DNA from: an uncultured Planctomycetales bacterium
GTDB taxonomy: Bacteria > Omnitrophota > Gorgyraeia > Zapsychrales > JANLHA01
NCBI GenBank assembly: GCA_964474085.1
Contig: CAYYRJ010000001.1
Coordinates: 91,631-155,630, forward strand
DNA: 64,000 nt
Direction of reading: 5' to 3'
Shown here piece after piece: positions 1 through 9,583 of the stretch. The notes under the pieces are model-generated. The model worked only from the letters and a program-made list of their open reading frames with translations, was not told the origin of the DNA and searched no databases. The position numbers and the translations under genes are program-made. Position 1 is the stretch's first letter. Every line of letters begins with the position of its first letter.

Positions 1-1038
1 TATTTTTCGACCGATTTAGAAAAGATGGAATGCGAACTCGATGATCCGTTTATCTTAATTTACGAAAAGAAAATTTCTAACATCAAGGACATGTTGCCTT
101 TGTTAGAAAAAGTCGCCAAGAGCGGCCGTCCGCTTTTGATCGTCTGCGAAGACGTTGAAGGGGAAGCGTTGGCAACGTTAGTCGTCAACAATATGAGAAA
201 AACACTTTCCTGCGCAGCTGTCAAGGCCCCGGGTTACGGCGATCGCCGCAAGGCTATGCTCGATGATATCGCGGTTTTGACCGGCGGCAAGGCCATTACC
301 GAAGATCTCGGTTTAAAACTGGAAACCGTTGAGTTAACCAGTTTAGGCCGCGCTAAGAAAGTCAAGATCAACAAAGATAACACCACAATCGTTGAAGGCG
401 CTGGCAAGACAGACGCAATCAAAGGCCGCATTGCCCAGATCAAAAATCAAATCACCACGACGGAATCTTCTTATGACAAAGAAAAATTGCAAGAACGTTT
501 GGCCAAGTTAGCCGGCGGGGTAGCGATTATCAACGTCGGGGCTGCGACCGAAACCGAAATGAAAGAAAAGAAAGCTCGTGTTGAAGACGCTTTGCACGCA
601 ACTCGCGCTGCGGTTGAAGAAGGGATTGTTCCCGGCGGTGGAGTCGCTCTTTTGCGCGCAATCGAAAGTTTAGACGGCCTTAAGATTAAGGGTGATGATG
701 AAAAGACCGGTGTGGATATTATCCGCCGTTCGCTTGAGTCTCCGCTTCGTCAGCTTTGTGATAATGCAGGGTTGGAAGCCTCTGTCATCGTGGCTCATCT
801 TAAGACCGAAAAGAGTGCTAATATCGGTTACGACATCAATCAGGATGCGTATGTCGATATGCTAGAAAGCGGCGTTATTGATCCGGCCAAAGTGACCCGT
901 ACCGCTTTGCAAAATGCGGCGAGTATTTCGGCGCTTCTTTTGACGACCGAAGCTTTGATTACGGATGTTCCAGAAAAAGATAAGCCTGCTATGCCCCAAA
1001 TGCCTGGTGGAATGGGCGGCATGGGAATGGGAATGTAA
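1..1038 (+). CDS. groEL: Chaperonin GroEL, 3' portion (5' end lies upstream of the window)
   Basis: Frame is open from nt 1 ([26 protein letters not shown]...). GroEL equatorial/apical motifs are present and the protein ends in the typical [10 protein letters not shown] tail. Confidence 0.9.
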   Translation, partial: YFSTDLEKMECELDDPFILIYEKKISNIKDMLPLLEKVAKSGRPLLIVCEDVEGEALATLVVNNMRKTLSCAAVKAPGYGDRRKAMLDDIAVLTGGKAITEDLGLKLETVELTSLGRAKKVKINKDNTTIVEGAGKTDAIKGRIAQIKNQITTTESSYDKEKLQERLAKLAGGVAIINVGAATETEMKEKKARVEDALHATRAAVEEGIVPGGGVALLRAIESLDGLKIKGDDEKTGVDIIRRSLESPLRQLCDNAGLEASVIVAHLKTEKSANIGYDINQDAYVDMLESGVIDPAKVTRTALQNAASISALLLTTEALITDVPEKDKPAMPQMPGGMGGMGMGM

Positions 1039-1089
1039 GAAACATGAATCGATGTAGGGAACGGTTTTAAACCGTTCTCTACAGATTTT

Positions 1090-1126
1090 AAGCCCCCCGT
1101 CTGACAACAGGCGGGGGGCTTTCCCC
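1090..1126 (+). terminator. Putative intrinsic terminator after groEL
   Basis: GC-rich hairpin gccccccg-(tctgacaacag)-cggggggc followed by cttt, preceded by a second hairpin (aacggtt ttaa aaccgtt). The T-tract is weak. Confidence 0.4.
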
Positions 1127-1268
1127 TTATATAGCCTGTTTGATTTATTTATCCACTCAGCATCCTGCAAATTTTAAAAATATTAAATTTAAGAAATTAG
1201 TACAAAGACGAATATTTTTAAGTATATTGTATTAGTACTTTTTATTTTCCGTCAGCGAAAGCAAGGCT

Positions 1269-1742
1269 GTGAAAAAAATCGTTCTCATTGATGACGACAA
1301 AGAAATTTGTAATCTGCTCAAGTCCACCTTGGAGCGCACGGGGCTTTACCAGATATTTGTCGCCTATAATGCCAAAGATGCCTGCGCGATTTGCCTTAAA
1401 GAAAAACCCGACCTTGTCTTTTTGGATTACATCTTGCTTAATGAAAAAGGCGATGAAGTCATTAATTTTTTGCGCTCGCACGTTGAAACAAAAGATGTCC
1501 CGATTGTGCTTATGACCGGTTTGGGCGAAATGGTTTATTCGCCGCGCAATGATAAATGGCAATGGCTGCCTAATTCGCCGGCGGCACGCAATCGCGGTGA
1601 GATCCCCGAATCATTAAAATGGAAAAAGTTATCCGAAGATGTCGCCCGCGAGATGGGTGTCGACGTTTATTTGACTAAGCCGTTTAACCGTGCAACGCTC
1701 GTCGAATTGGCCGAGAGCTTTTTGAGAACATCGGAAGAATAA
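1269..1742 (+). CDS. Single-domain response regulator (CheY-like receiver) with an insertion of about 35 aa
   Basis: GTG start. Has the acidic pocket VLIDDD, a conserved Asp in DLVFLDY, LMTG and a KPF motif. No output domain. Confidence 0.65.
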   Translation: MKKIVLIDDDKEICNLLKSTLERTGLYQIFVAYNAKDACAICLKEKPDLVFLDYILLNEKGDEVINFLRSHVETKDVPIVLMTGLGEMVYSPRNDKWQWLPNSPAARNRGEIPESLKWKKLSEDVAREMGVDVYLTKPFNRATLVELAESFLRTSEE

Positions 1743-1772
1743 ATTGATTTTTTAAAAAATCCCGTCATAGAT

Positions 1773-2360
1773 ATGAAAACAAATCACAAAAGAGTCCTGA
1801 TCGTCGACGACGCGCAAGATTACCGTGTTTTATTGTCCAAGGCTTTTAAACAGCAAGGCTACAAGGTTTATCTGGCCAAGGACGGGATTGAAGCGTATTT
1901 AAAATTTTTTAAGGTCAATCCGGATATTGTACTCATTGACATTTTGCTGCCGAAGATGCGCGGGGACACTTTGATCAAATGGCTCAAGGGCTCGGATCAG
2001 GGGCAGGATACGCCGATTATCGTCGTGTCGGGACATAGCCAGATGAAAGATTATGTTTATCAGCTGGGCATAGAACTTTTTTTTGAAAAGCCTTGCAAGG
2101 TCAAAGAGGTCTTAAGTGCAGCCGAGGAAATTTTGGCGATTGAGGAAAATATGGGCCAGCTGCGAGCAAAGCTTAGAGCGCTTAAACTTCGCTTTGATCA
2201 GAAGTATTTTACGCAAAGGGCAGAGATTGAAGATAATCTCATTGGGCCAGAATATCAATTTTGTGCCCGCTGTCATCGCAGAGTCCCGATAGAAGCGACC
2301 CGTTGCCCGCGTTGCGGCAATGCGCAACTGCAGATTAAAAGCAAATCCGATTCCTTTTAA
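1773..2360 (+). CDS. Response regulator receiver domain fused to a C-terminal coiled-coil and zinc-ribbon (CxxC...CxxC)
   Basis: Receiver motifs VLIVDDA, DIVLIDILLP, VVSGH and EKP. The C-terminal CARCHRRVPIEATRCPRCGN is a 4-Cys zinc ribbon. Confidence 0.65.
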   Translation: MKTNHKRVLIVDDAQDYRVLLSKAFKQQGYKVYLAKDGIEAYLKFFKVNPDIVLIDILLPKMRGDTLIKWLKGSDQGQDTPIIVVSGHSQMKDYVYQLGIELFFEKPCKVKEVLSAAEEILAIEENMGQLRAKLRALKLRFDQKYFTQRAEIEDNLIGPEYQFCARCHRRVPIEATRCPRCGNAQLQIKSKSDSF

Positions 2361-2411
2361 TTAATCATAACGTATTCAAATCAAATACTTTAAAATTGGC
2401 CAAGTTATGCT

Positions 2412-2440
2412 TTGACAAGATAAGTTGTGTATGTTATGTT
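2412..2440 (+). promoter_or_regulatory. Candidate sigma70-like promoter for paralog 1
   Basis: TTGACA at 2412-2417, a 17-nt spacer, then TATGTT. About 100 nt upstream of the RBS gaaggagg. Confidence 0.3.
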
Positions 2441-2543
2441 TATTGCACTTTATCATGTATTCAGCAAGTATTTCCGGTTCTTCCTCAATAATAAATTTAA
2501 TGATTAAAAGATTTTAATTGCTGTTTTGAAGGAGGCTTACCCT

Positions 2544-5500
2544 ATGTTTTTGTCTTTCGCACATCGTCCCAAATTCACTCTGATTCGCAAAGTCGTTTCT
2601 TCTATCATGACGGTTGCGTTTTTGACAAGTTTGTCGACACCCGCCGGCGCGCAGTTGGCGAGTTTATTGCCTACGCCGGGCAGTGCGGTAACAATCTCAC
2701 CAGTCTTTGTTCCTCCGACGCTCAAAGGTCTTAATATTCATCCCGAGAATCCGTTTCTTTTTGACTTTATCGTCGGGCGTGGTGATGAAAAGGTTCAGGG
2801 TGAGGCGCTTAAGGCCGAGTCGGAAAAGTTAGTCAAGTTTTTCTTAACCGCGATGACGATTCCCGATAAGGAAGCGTGGGTCAATCTTTCTCCGTATGAA
2901 ACTAATCGAATCATCCCCGACGCCTTAGGCAAGACAGAGATGGGCAAGGTCATGCTCGAGCAGGATTATCTTTTAAAACAGTTGGCCTCGTCGCTCACCA
3001 ATCCTGACACGGATTTGGGCAAAAAATTTTGGACGAATGTGCGCGCTAAAGCCAAAGAAAAATTTGGAACCACAGATATCCCGATGAGTACCTTTAATAA
3101 GGTCTGGATTGTTCCGGCCAAAGCTGAAGTCGCCGAAAAAGACGGAAAAGTGTTTATTACCAAAAACAGTTTGAAGGTGATGTTGGAGGAAGACTATGTA
3201 GCGATGTCCAATCAGAAGGACATCGCGGAATCCCGTGCACCTGCACGGGATCAAGCTCCGTTGACGGCTGAGGCAATGGCTTCGCGCGGAGCGCTCAGCA
3301 CTCCTTCGGACGTTGCGTCCTCAGTCGCGTTAGACTCTGGACGCTCGACGTTAGAAAAAACGGCCAACGTCCAACCTCCAACGTCTAGCCTCTCATCTGA
3401 AGTATTCCGTTCCACGATTCTGCCGTCGATCGAAAAAGAAATCAACGAAGGAAAGAACTTTGCCGCGGTGCGCCAGATTTATGATGCGGCGATTCTCGCC
3501 GTCTGGTACAAGAGCGCATTAAAAGAATCTTTGCTCGGAAAGATTTATGCCGACAAAAGCAAAGTCAAAGGCATTGAGACCGACGCGGTTGGTTTTAAAG
3601 AAGAAGTTTACAAGCAGTATGTCGCCGCCTTCAAAAAAGGCGCGTACAATATGATCAAAGAAGATTTTGACATGACTAAAGACGAGTCTGTCCCCACACG
3701 CTATTTTTCGGGTGGGATGTCGACAGCGTATCCTGCTGGCGTTGCAGTAAGTTCTGGAGTAACTGAGAGTGAAGCTAATCTTAGTACTGATGATGTAATT
3801 GTACAAGTGGTGGGTACTGAAGGACCTGAAGCTCCCGTCGTTGCTCAAGCTGCCGCCGCTCAATCCGCCGCCAGCGCGGTGGAGGATAATTTAGATAAAT
3901 ATGTGATGGATTTGCGGGCAGAAGGTTTGTCGTATGAGCAAATGTATAGGGCATTTGAAAGCCGCTACAACACCAACAGAAGGTTATTGCAGGATGTTGC
4001 TAATAATTTCCTTTTTACAAAGGATGAAAAAACCGCTGCACCGCTGGCCGCAGATTATAAACAGGCGTACGAAATGGCGCTTGCCCAGCTTTCAGAACTT
4101 GACAATCTCTTTTTGCTTTTTTTCGAAGATGTGAACAAGAGAATTAATGCATTAAAAGCCGAAGGCCAAAGCGAAACGCAAGCAATAAATGACGTCTTAG
4201 AAAAAGAAGTTCAAAGGATAGAAAACATCCAAAAAATAGAGCAAGAGCGTTTGAAGGAAAGAGCCGAAAGGTTGGTAGAATTAAGAGGAAAAGTTGAGAA
4301 TTTGTTTCCTGAGATTGAAAAAGAATTAGTTCAAATACAAACAACCGTAACAGCGAGTCTTGCTGCCGACGCTGATCAATCTCAAAAAGACGCGGCAATT
4401 CGTTCTGAAATTCAGAGACGATATGACGCGCTTAAGGCACGAATAGAACAGCGTGTTAGGCAAATCAATTTTGGCAAAGATGTAAAGACGACGAACATCC
4501 TGCCCGGACAAGCTTTGCCTAGAGCGATATCAGAACTTTCTCTGCAAGATCAGATACGTTATCAACTTTTTCCAGAATTACAAAAACAAATGGAAAAGAT
4601 GACTCTCAGTAACCCTTCTGCCAACGATAAATTTGACCGAGCCCTCAAGGCCGCGAAAGAAGAAACGATCAAAAGAACTCTCGCCGCTTCAAGCGCGATC
4701 GATAAGCCTCAAATAGCAATTACAGGTGGTACGATTGAAATTATTTTTGCTAACGGGGAAAGTGCTAGATATCAACTGCCTACGGATCTTGCGGTCAGGA
4801 GTGTTTTTCCACTGCGGGTTAAGGCCGAGGATTTTTTTGCAGCAATTTCCATTAAGGGGGATTCGCAAAATAAAAATTATCGAATTTTGATTTTGAATAA
4901 AAATGGTCAAAGGGTTGACACCGTTGGGAAGGCAACGGATCAAGTGATTGCGGCTGCGGAATTCGCCCTAGAGTCGATCAAAGCTGCTCATAAGCAAGAA
5001 AGATTTGTTAAGCTGATTTTAAGCAAGACGCCAGAATTTGCCATCCCTCAAGGTAAAGAAAATGCCACAGATTTGGCTAAGAAAATGCTCAAGGGCTGGG
5101 AAAAAATCGCCGCCTCGAGCAGTTTGGAAGATGAGGCATTAAAGCAGAAGGCAGAAGTGCAATTGCGCAATGATTTAGATTTGCCAGGTGATGCAAGTAT
5201 TGATGTAGTGATAGCTGAATATTTGAAAAATAAAAAGGGGTCAGATGAAGTTGCGTTTAATATTAAGTTTTATAATCAGGGAGATTATCCTGGCGGGATA
5301 GAAGGATTTTATGAGGACTTGGTTATTGCCAGAATGCAAGATTTGCCGGAATATCAAGAGCAAATGGATCCTGAAATGGCTGAACTTTTAGCCGCTGGCC
5401 GAAAGATTATAGATGACGAATTTTCTGATGTCCCCAGTTCGATGCCGGCAGGTGAGCAAAAATCCTCGTCGCCTCTTAAGCCGGTCGGTGGTATCAACTT

Positions 5501-5747
5501 TGACCCGACTTTGATGAATCTTCAAGTCAAGCGTGACAAAAACGGCGTTCCGCTACCGGTATTTCAACAGGATTTGCCCAATATCAATATCGAAGGACTT
5601 TATCCGGTGATTATAAATATCGCGCCGGCAACGCTGGCGAACTTTCCTCTTTTAAGTAAGGCTGAGGAAGAAAAGCAAAGAATCCCGTCGGTCAAAGACG
5701 ATATATCTCCTGTGGATCGGCAAAAATTGGTGGGTCGGGCAGGATAA
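2544..5747 (+). CDS. Large secreted modular protein, paralog 1 of 4: conserved N-domain, coiled-coil-rich core, conserved C-terminal tail
   Basis: RBS gaaggagg precedes ATG 2544 (the ORF track starts at TTG 2526). Signal-peptide-like N-terminus. The N-domain motifs NPFLFDFIV, WVNLSPYE, IIPDALGKTEMG, FNKVWIVP, NEGKNFAAVRQIY and YFSGG are shared with the genes at 11559, 15877 and 19720. The C-terminus GGINFDPTLMNLQVKRDKNGVPLPVFQQ...YPVIINIAPA is shared as well. The core is charged and coiled-coil-like (EKEVQRIENIQKIEQERLKERAERLVELRGKVENL...). Confidence 0.75.
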   Translation: MFLSFAHRPKFTLIRKVVSSIMTVAFLTSLSTPAGAQLASLLPTPGSAVTISPVFVPPTLKGLNIHPENPFLFDFIVGRGDEKVQGEALKAESEKLVKFFLTAMTIPDKEAWVNLSPYETNRIIPDALGKTEMGKVMLEQDYLLKQLASSLTNPDTDLGKKFWTNVRAKAKEKFGTTDIPMSTFNKVWIVPAKAEVAEKDGKVFITKNSLKVMLEEDYVAMSNQKDIAESRAPARDQAPLTAEAMASRGALSTPSDVASSVALDSGRSTLEKTANVQPPTSSLSSEVFRSTILPSIEKEINEGKNFAAVRQIYDAAILAVWYKSALKESLLGKIYADKSKVKGIETDAVGFKEEVYKQYVAAFKKGAYNMIKEDFDMTKDESVPTRYFSGGMSTAYPAGVAVSSGVTESEANLSTDDVIVQVVGTEGPEAPVVAQAAAAQSAASAVEDNLDKYVMDLRAEGLSYEQMYRAFESRYNTNRRLLQDVANNFLFTKDEKTAAPLAADYKQAYEMALAQLSELDNLFLLFFEDVNKRINALKAEGQSETQAINDVLEKEVQRIENIQKIEQERLKERAERLVELRGKVENLFPEIEKELVQIQTTVTASLAADADQSQKDAAIRSEIQRRYDALKARIEQRVRQINFGKDVKTTNILPGQALPRAISELSLQDQIRYQLFPELQKQMEKMTLSNPSANDKFDRALKAAKEETIKRTLAASSAIDKPQIAITGGTIEIIFANGESARYQLPTDLAVRSVFPLRVKAEDFFAAISIKGDSQNKNYRILILNKNGQRVDTVGKATDQVIAAAEFALESIKAAHKQERFVKLILSKTPEFAIPQGKENATDLAKKMLKGWEKIAASSSLEDEALKQKAEVQLRNDLDLPGDASIDVVIAEYLKNKKGSDEVAFNIKFYNQGDYPGGIEGFYEDLVIARMQDLPEYQEQMDPEMAELLAAGRKIIDDEFSDVPSSMPAGEQKSSSPLKPVGGINFDPTLMNLQVKRDKNGVPLPVFQQDLPNINIEGLYPVIINIAPATLANFPLLSKAEEEKQRIPSVKDDISPVDRQKLVGRAG

Positions 5748-5784
5748 GGAAATGCTTCAAATTGTTCTTAAGTCTCTTCGTGTT

Positions 5785-5876
5785 CAAGTTTTTATCTATC
5801 GTTGTCATTCTGAGGCCAGAGGCCGAAGAATCTCAAGCATGGATTCTTCGCTGCGCTCAGGATGACAAAAACTTGC
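5785..5876. repeat. Long imperfect palindromic element (hairpin family H), copy 1
   Basis: caagttttt..gtcattctgaggccagaggccgaagaatc-loop-gattcttcgctgcgctcaggatgac..aaaaacttg. Related copies occur at 39600-39690 (inverted) and 37521-37580 (degenerate). All three lie just 3' of large genes. Confidence 0.6.
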
Positions 5877-6052
5877 ACATCGTCTTAAGTCATTTATTTG
5901 CAAAAGATTATAAGAAAATAGCCGTGCCTTTGGGTGCGGCTATTTTTTTTAAATCGTTGACTTTTAAGAGCTTTATATATATAGTATTGGCTTATTCTTA
6001 TTATAAAATTCGCTTAAAATCTATTTTTACCAATATACAGGAGGTTTTTTAA

Positions 6053-7213
6053 ATGGCTGAATGGATCGGAATTGGCCGTCGCGCACGGCGCTGTTATGGG
6101 TTTGACGAAGTCGCTTTAGTCCCGGGCATGGTAACGGTTAACCCCAATGAAGTGGATATCAGCTGGACGATTGGCGGGATGAAATTTGCGGTGCCGATTT
6201 TGGCGGCTGCCATGGACGGCGTTGTGGATGTTAAATTCGCTATCGCTATGGGTAAGTTAGGGGGGGTAGCGGTTCTTAATCTCGATGGTATTCAGACCCG
6301 CTACGAAAAGCCCGACGAAGTTTTAAACGATATTGCCAATGCTTCCCCCGAAGAAGCGACAAAACTCGTCCAAACCGTTTATTTAAAGCCAGTCAAAGAA
6401 GATTTGATTGCCAAGCGTATCCGCGAAATCAAAAAAGCCAAAGTTCCTGCCATTGTCAGCTGTATTCCTCAGAACGCTAAAGCGTTTTCGGACATCGCTG
6501 TCGACGCTGGCTGTGATATTTTTGTCGTCCAGCAAACGGTGGCTACCACGCGTCATATTTCCACCCAGTACAAAATTTTAGATTTGGAGAAGTTCGTTAA
6601 GAATTGCAAAATTCCTGTCATTATCGGAAACTGCGTAACCTATGACATGACCTTGGAGCTTATGGAAATCGGTGCGGCCGGTATTTTGGTCGGTGTAGGA
6701 CCCGGCGCGGCTTGCACAACGCGCGGAGTTTTAGGGATCGGCGTGCCGCAGGTGACCGCGACTGTTGATGCGGCCGCTGCACGCGATTATTTCTTTAAAC
6801 GCCGCGGACAATATATTCCGATTATTACCGACGGGGGTATGCGTATCGGTGGCGAAATTTGCAAGGCCGTTGCCGCCGGGTCAGATGCGGTTATGGTTGG
6901 TTCTTCTTTTGCCCGCGCTGAAGAGGCTCCGGGTCGTGGGTATCATTGGGGCATGGCCACGTCGCATGCGAATTTGCCGCGCGGAACACGCATTCGCGTC
7001 GGGACAACCGGGGCTTTGCAGGAAATTCTTTTTGGACCGGCCAAGGTTGATGATGGTTCTCAAAATTTGGTCGGAGCGCTTCGTACCTCGATGGGTTCCT
7101 TAGGCTGTGCGAACATTCAGGAAATGCATGATGTCGAAATGATTATTGCTCCGTCGATTCAGACAGAAGGAAAAGTTTTTCAAGTAGGTCAAAGAGTGGG
7201 AATGGGCAAGTAA
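6053..7213 (+). CDS. IMP dehydrogenase/GMP reductase family protein without CBS domains (GuaB3-like)
   Basis: RBS aggagg precedes the start. The TIM-barrel IMPDH motifs GVGPGAACTTR (catalytic Cys loop) and ITDGGMRIGGEICKAVAAGSDAVMVGSSFA are present. At 386 aa there is no CBS pair. The gene sits immediately upstream of guaA. Confidence 0.7.
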   Translation: MAEWIGIGRRARRCYGFDEVALVPGMVTVNPNEVDISWTIGGMKFAVPILAAAMDGVVDVKFAIAMGKLGGVAVLNLDGIQTRYEKPDEVLNDIANASPEEATKLVQTVYLKPVKEDLIAKRIREIKKAKVPAIVSCIPQNAKAFSDIAVDAGCDIFVVQQTVATTRHISTQYKILDLEKFVKNCKIPVIIGNCVTYDMTLELMEIGAAGILVGVGPGAACTTRGVLGIGVPQVTATVDAAAARDYFFKRRGQYIPIITDGGMRIGGEICKAVAAGSDAVMVGSSFARAEEAPGRGYHWGMATSHANLPRGTRIRVGTTGALQEILFGPAKVDDGSQNLVGALRTSMGSLGCANIQEMHDVEMIIAPSIQTEGKVFQVGQRVGMGK

Positions 7214-7216
7214 GTC

Positions 7217-7256
7217 AACCCCCTCACCTTTATCCTTTCCCCACGGGGAGAGGAAG
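7217..7256. repeat. Small G/C-tract palindromic repeat (ccccctcacc...ggggagaggaag family)
   Basis: aaccccctcacctttatcctttccccacggggagaggaag. Related copies lie at 58061-58100 (inverted) and 58123-58169. Confidence 0.4.
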
Positions 7257-7286
7257 TTAAAAGTAAAATTTAAAAAAGGTTAAAAT

Positions 7287-8990
7287 ATGACAGCGAAAGC
7301 TAAAGCAGCGAGCACTTCAGTCCGTCGATCGTTACAAAAGAAATTTATGAACCGCAAAAAGAAGTTTAAGGCCAGCCGTTGGGCGGCCAAGCCTTCGCGC
7401 AGCGCGAAATTTCATAAAATGGTCAAATCCTCGACGGTCACCAAACCGCGCGTCAAGGAACTTATTTTGGTGCTCGACTTCGGTTCCCAATATACACAGC
7501 TGATTGCCCGTCGTATCCGTGAAAATAAAGTTTTTAGCCGCATTGTTCCTTACAATATTTCGCCCGAAGAAATTCAGAAACAAAATCCCAAAGGGATTAT
7601 TCTCTCCGGCGGGCCCATGAGTGTTTATGACAAAGGCGCGCCGATGCCTGATCCGGGAATTTTTAAATTGGACATTCCGATTTTGGGTATTTGTTATGGC
7701 ATGCAGCTGATTACGCATATGTTTGACGGAACCGTACAAAAATCCAAAGAACGTGAATTTGGCCGCGCCGAGCTTTTTGTCGACAGCAATAAAGACCTTT
7801 TTGCCAATCTGCCGACGAACTTGACCTGCTGGATGAGCCATTCGGACATTGTTACCAAAATTCCGCAGGGCTTTACGACGCTGGCCCATACGCTTAATAC
7901 CTCATTTGCCGGTATGGCCAATCGTCAGAAAAAAATCTTTGCCGTCCAGTTTCATCCGGAAGTTGTGCATACACAGCGCGGGTCGCAGATTTTGGTCAAC
8001 TTCGTCAATCAGATTTGCGGGTGTTTGCCGCGCTGGACGATGGACAAATTCATTGACGCTTCAATTACCCAGATTCAGGAACTGGTCGGATCAAAGCGCG
8101 TTGTGTTGGGCTTAAGCGGCGGGGTGGATTCGTCGGTGGCTGCGGTTTTATTGCAGAAAGCCATTGGAAAGAATTTGCACTGCATTTTTGTCGATAACGG
8201 GCTGCTTCGTAAAAACGAGGCCGCGTCTGTCGAGAAAACGTTTAAGGGCCATTTTAAAATGAATTTGCATTGCGTTGATGCCGCGGCACGTTTTCTTAAC
8301 CGTTTAAAAGGTGTCGAAGATCCGGAACAAAAACGCAAAATTATCGGCGATGAATTTATTAAGGTTTTTGAAGATACCGCCCAAAAAATCAAAGGCGCTG
8401 AATTTTTAGGCCAAGGCACGCTTTATCCGGACGTTATTGAGTCGATTTCTCCGATCGGCGGGCCCTCCGCGACGATCAAAAGTCATCATAATGTCGGCGG
8501 GTTGCCGAAAGACATGAAGTTTCAGCTCGTTGAACCGCTGCGCGAATTGTTCAAAGACGAAGTGCGCACGATCGGTAAAGTTTTGGAAATGCCCGAGACT
8601 GTTTTGGCCCGTCAGCCTTTTCCCGGGCCGGGATTGGCGATCCGGATTTTGGGCGAAGTTACCAAAGAGCGTTTAGAAATTTTGCGCGAAGCCGACGAGC
8701 GGGTGATCGATGAGATCAAAAAAGCCGGGCTTTACACCGAAGTCTGGCAATCGTTTGCGGTTCTTCTTCCCATTAAAACGGTTGGCGTTATGGGCGATCA
8801 GCGCACTTACGAAAACGTCATTGCGATCCGTTGCGTGTCGAGTTTGGACGGCATGACAGCCGACTGGGTGCATTTGCCGTATGATCTTTTAGCAAGGATT
8901 TCAAATCGCATCATCAATGAAGTTGCCGGAGTTAATCGTGTTGTTTATGACATTAGCTCCAAACCGCCTGCAACCATCGAGTGGGAATAA
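7287..8990 (+). CDS. guaA: GMP synthase (glutamine-hydrolysing) GuaA, with a K/R-rich N-terminal extension of about 45 aa
   Basis: Has the class-I glutamine amidotransferase motif [19 protein letters not shown], the ATP-PPase SGGVDSSV motif and the C-terminal dimerisation domain. An alternative start at ATG 7419 (MVKSST...) would remove the basic extension. Confidence 0.85.
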   Translation: MTAKAKAASTSVRRSLQKKFMNRKKKFKASRWAAKPSRSAKFHKMVKSSTVTKPRVKELILVLDFGSQYTQLIARRIRENKVFSRIVPYNISPEEIQKQNPKGIILSGGPMSVYDKGAPMPDPGIFKLDIPILGICYGMQLITHMFDGTVQKSKEREFGRAELFVDSNKDLFANLPTNLTCWMSHSDIVTKIPQGFTTLAHTLNTSFAGMANRQKKIFAVQFHPEVVHTQRGSQILVNFVNQICGCLPRWTMDKFIDASITQIQELVGSKRVVLGLSGGVDSSVAAVLLQKAIGKNLHCIFVDNGLLRKNEAASVEKTFKGHFKMNLHCVDAAARFLNRLKGVEDPEQKRKIIGDEFIKVFEDTAQKIKGAEFLGQGTLYPDVIESISPIGGPSATIKSHHNVGGLPKDMKFQLVEPLRELFKDEVRTIGKVLEMPETVLARQPFPGPGLAIRILGEVTKERLEILREADERVIDEIKKAGLYTEVWQSFAVLLPIKTVGVMGDQRTYENVIAIRCVSSLDGMTADWVHLPYDLLARISNRIINEVAGVNRVVYDISSKPPATIEWE

Positions 8991-9018
8991 GCGGCGGTAT
9001 TTTTAAGGAGGAAAAGCC

Positions 9019-9573
9019 ATGATGATTCTAGGGATTCTTTTGGGGTTAGTTGTCGTTGTCGGTTTGGTTTTGATCGGGATTTATAATAATCTTGTCGCCT
9101 TGCGCGAAAGCGTCAAAAACGGCTGGTCTCAAATTCAGGTCCAGCTTAACCGCCGCCATGATTTGATCCCTAATCTTGTCGAGACAGCCAAGGGTTATTT
9201 GAAACACGAAAGTTCGACTCTTGAGGCGGTCATCAAAGCGCGGCAGATTGCGGTTGATGCTTCGTCGATCAAAGATAAGCAAGCCGCCGAAAACATGTTG
9301 ACCTCAACTCTGCGCAGTTTGTACGCTGTTACCGAGAATTATCCGGACCTTAAAGCCAATGCCCAGATGATCCGTTTGCAGGAAGAGATCACCTCGACCG
9401 AAAATCGCATCGCCTTTGCCCGTCAATATTACAATGATCAGGTCAATAGTCTAAATGTTGCGGTACAGTCTTTCCCTAATAATATGATTGCCAATTCTTT
9501 TCATTTCGAAAAAGCGGAATTTTTTCAAGTCGATGATCCGGCTGTGGCCAAAGCTCCGGAAGTCAGATTCTAA
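9019..9573 (+). CDS. lemA: LemA family membrane protein
   Basis: RBS aaggagg. N-terminal TM helix followed by the LemA signature NLVALRESVKNGWSQIQVQLNRRHDLIPNLVETAKGY. Confidence 0.8.
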   Translation: MMILGILLGLVVVVGLVLIGIYNNLVALRESVKNGWSQIQVQLNRRHDLIPNLVETAKGYLKHESSTLEAVIKARQIAVDASSIKDKQAAENMLTSTLRSLYAVTENYPDLKANAQMIRLQEEITSTENRIAFARQYYNDQVNSLNVAVQSFPNNMIANSFHFEKAEFFQVDDPAVAKAPEVRF

Positions 9574-9583
9574 ACCACTATAA

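Noticed and set aside
1242-1562. 106-aa minus-strand ORF overlapping the first response regulator
   Set aside because: It is antisense to a CDS with clear receiver-domain motifs and has no recognisable features.
5762-6052. 96-aa + strand ORF (MFLSLFVFKFLSIVVILRPEAEESQAWILRCAQDDKNL...)
   Set aside because: Its N-terminal half is a translation of the long palindromic element 5785-5876. There is no RBS and the composition is low-complexity. It is almost certainly non-coding, with a repeat plus the promoter region of the guaB-like gene.
7332-7889. 185-aa antisense ORF inside guaA, plus other internal or antisense ORFs (6765-7103, 25772-26173, 33089-33442, 46962-47387, 58272-58721, 59048-59587, 61042-61488, 63114-63716)
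   Set aside because: All lie wholly within well-supported conserved genes on the opposite strand or in an alternative frame. They have no independent homology signal.
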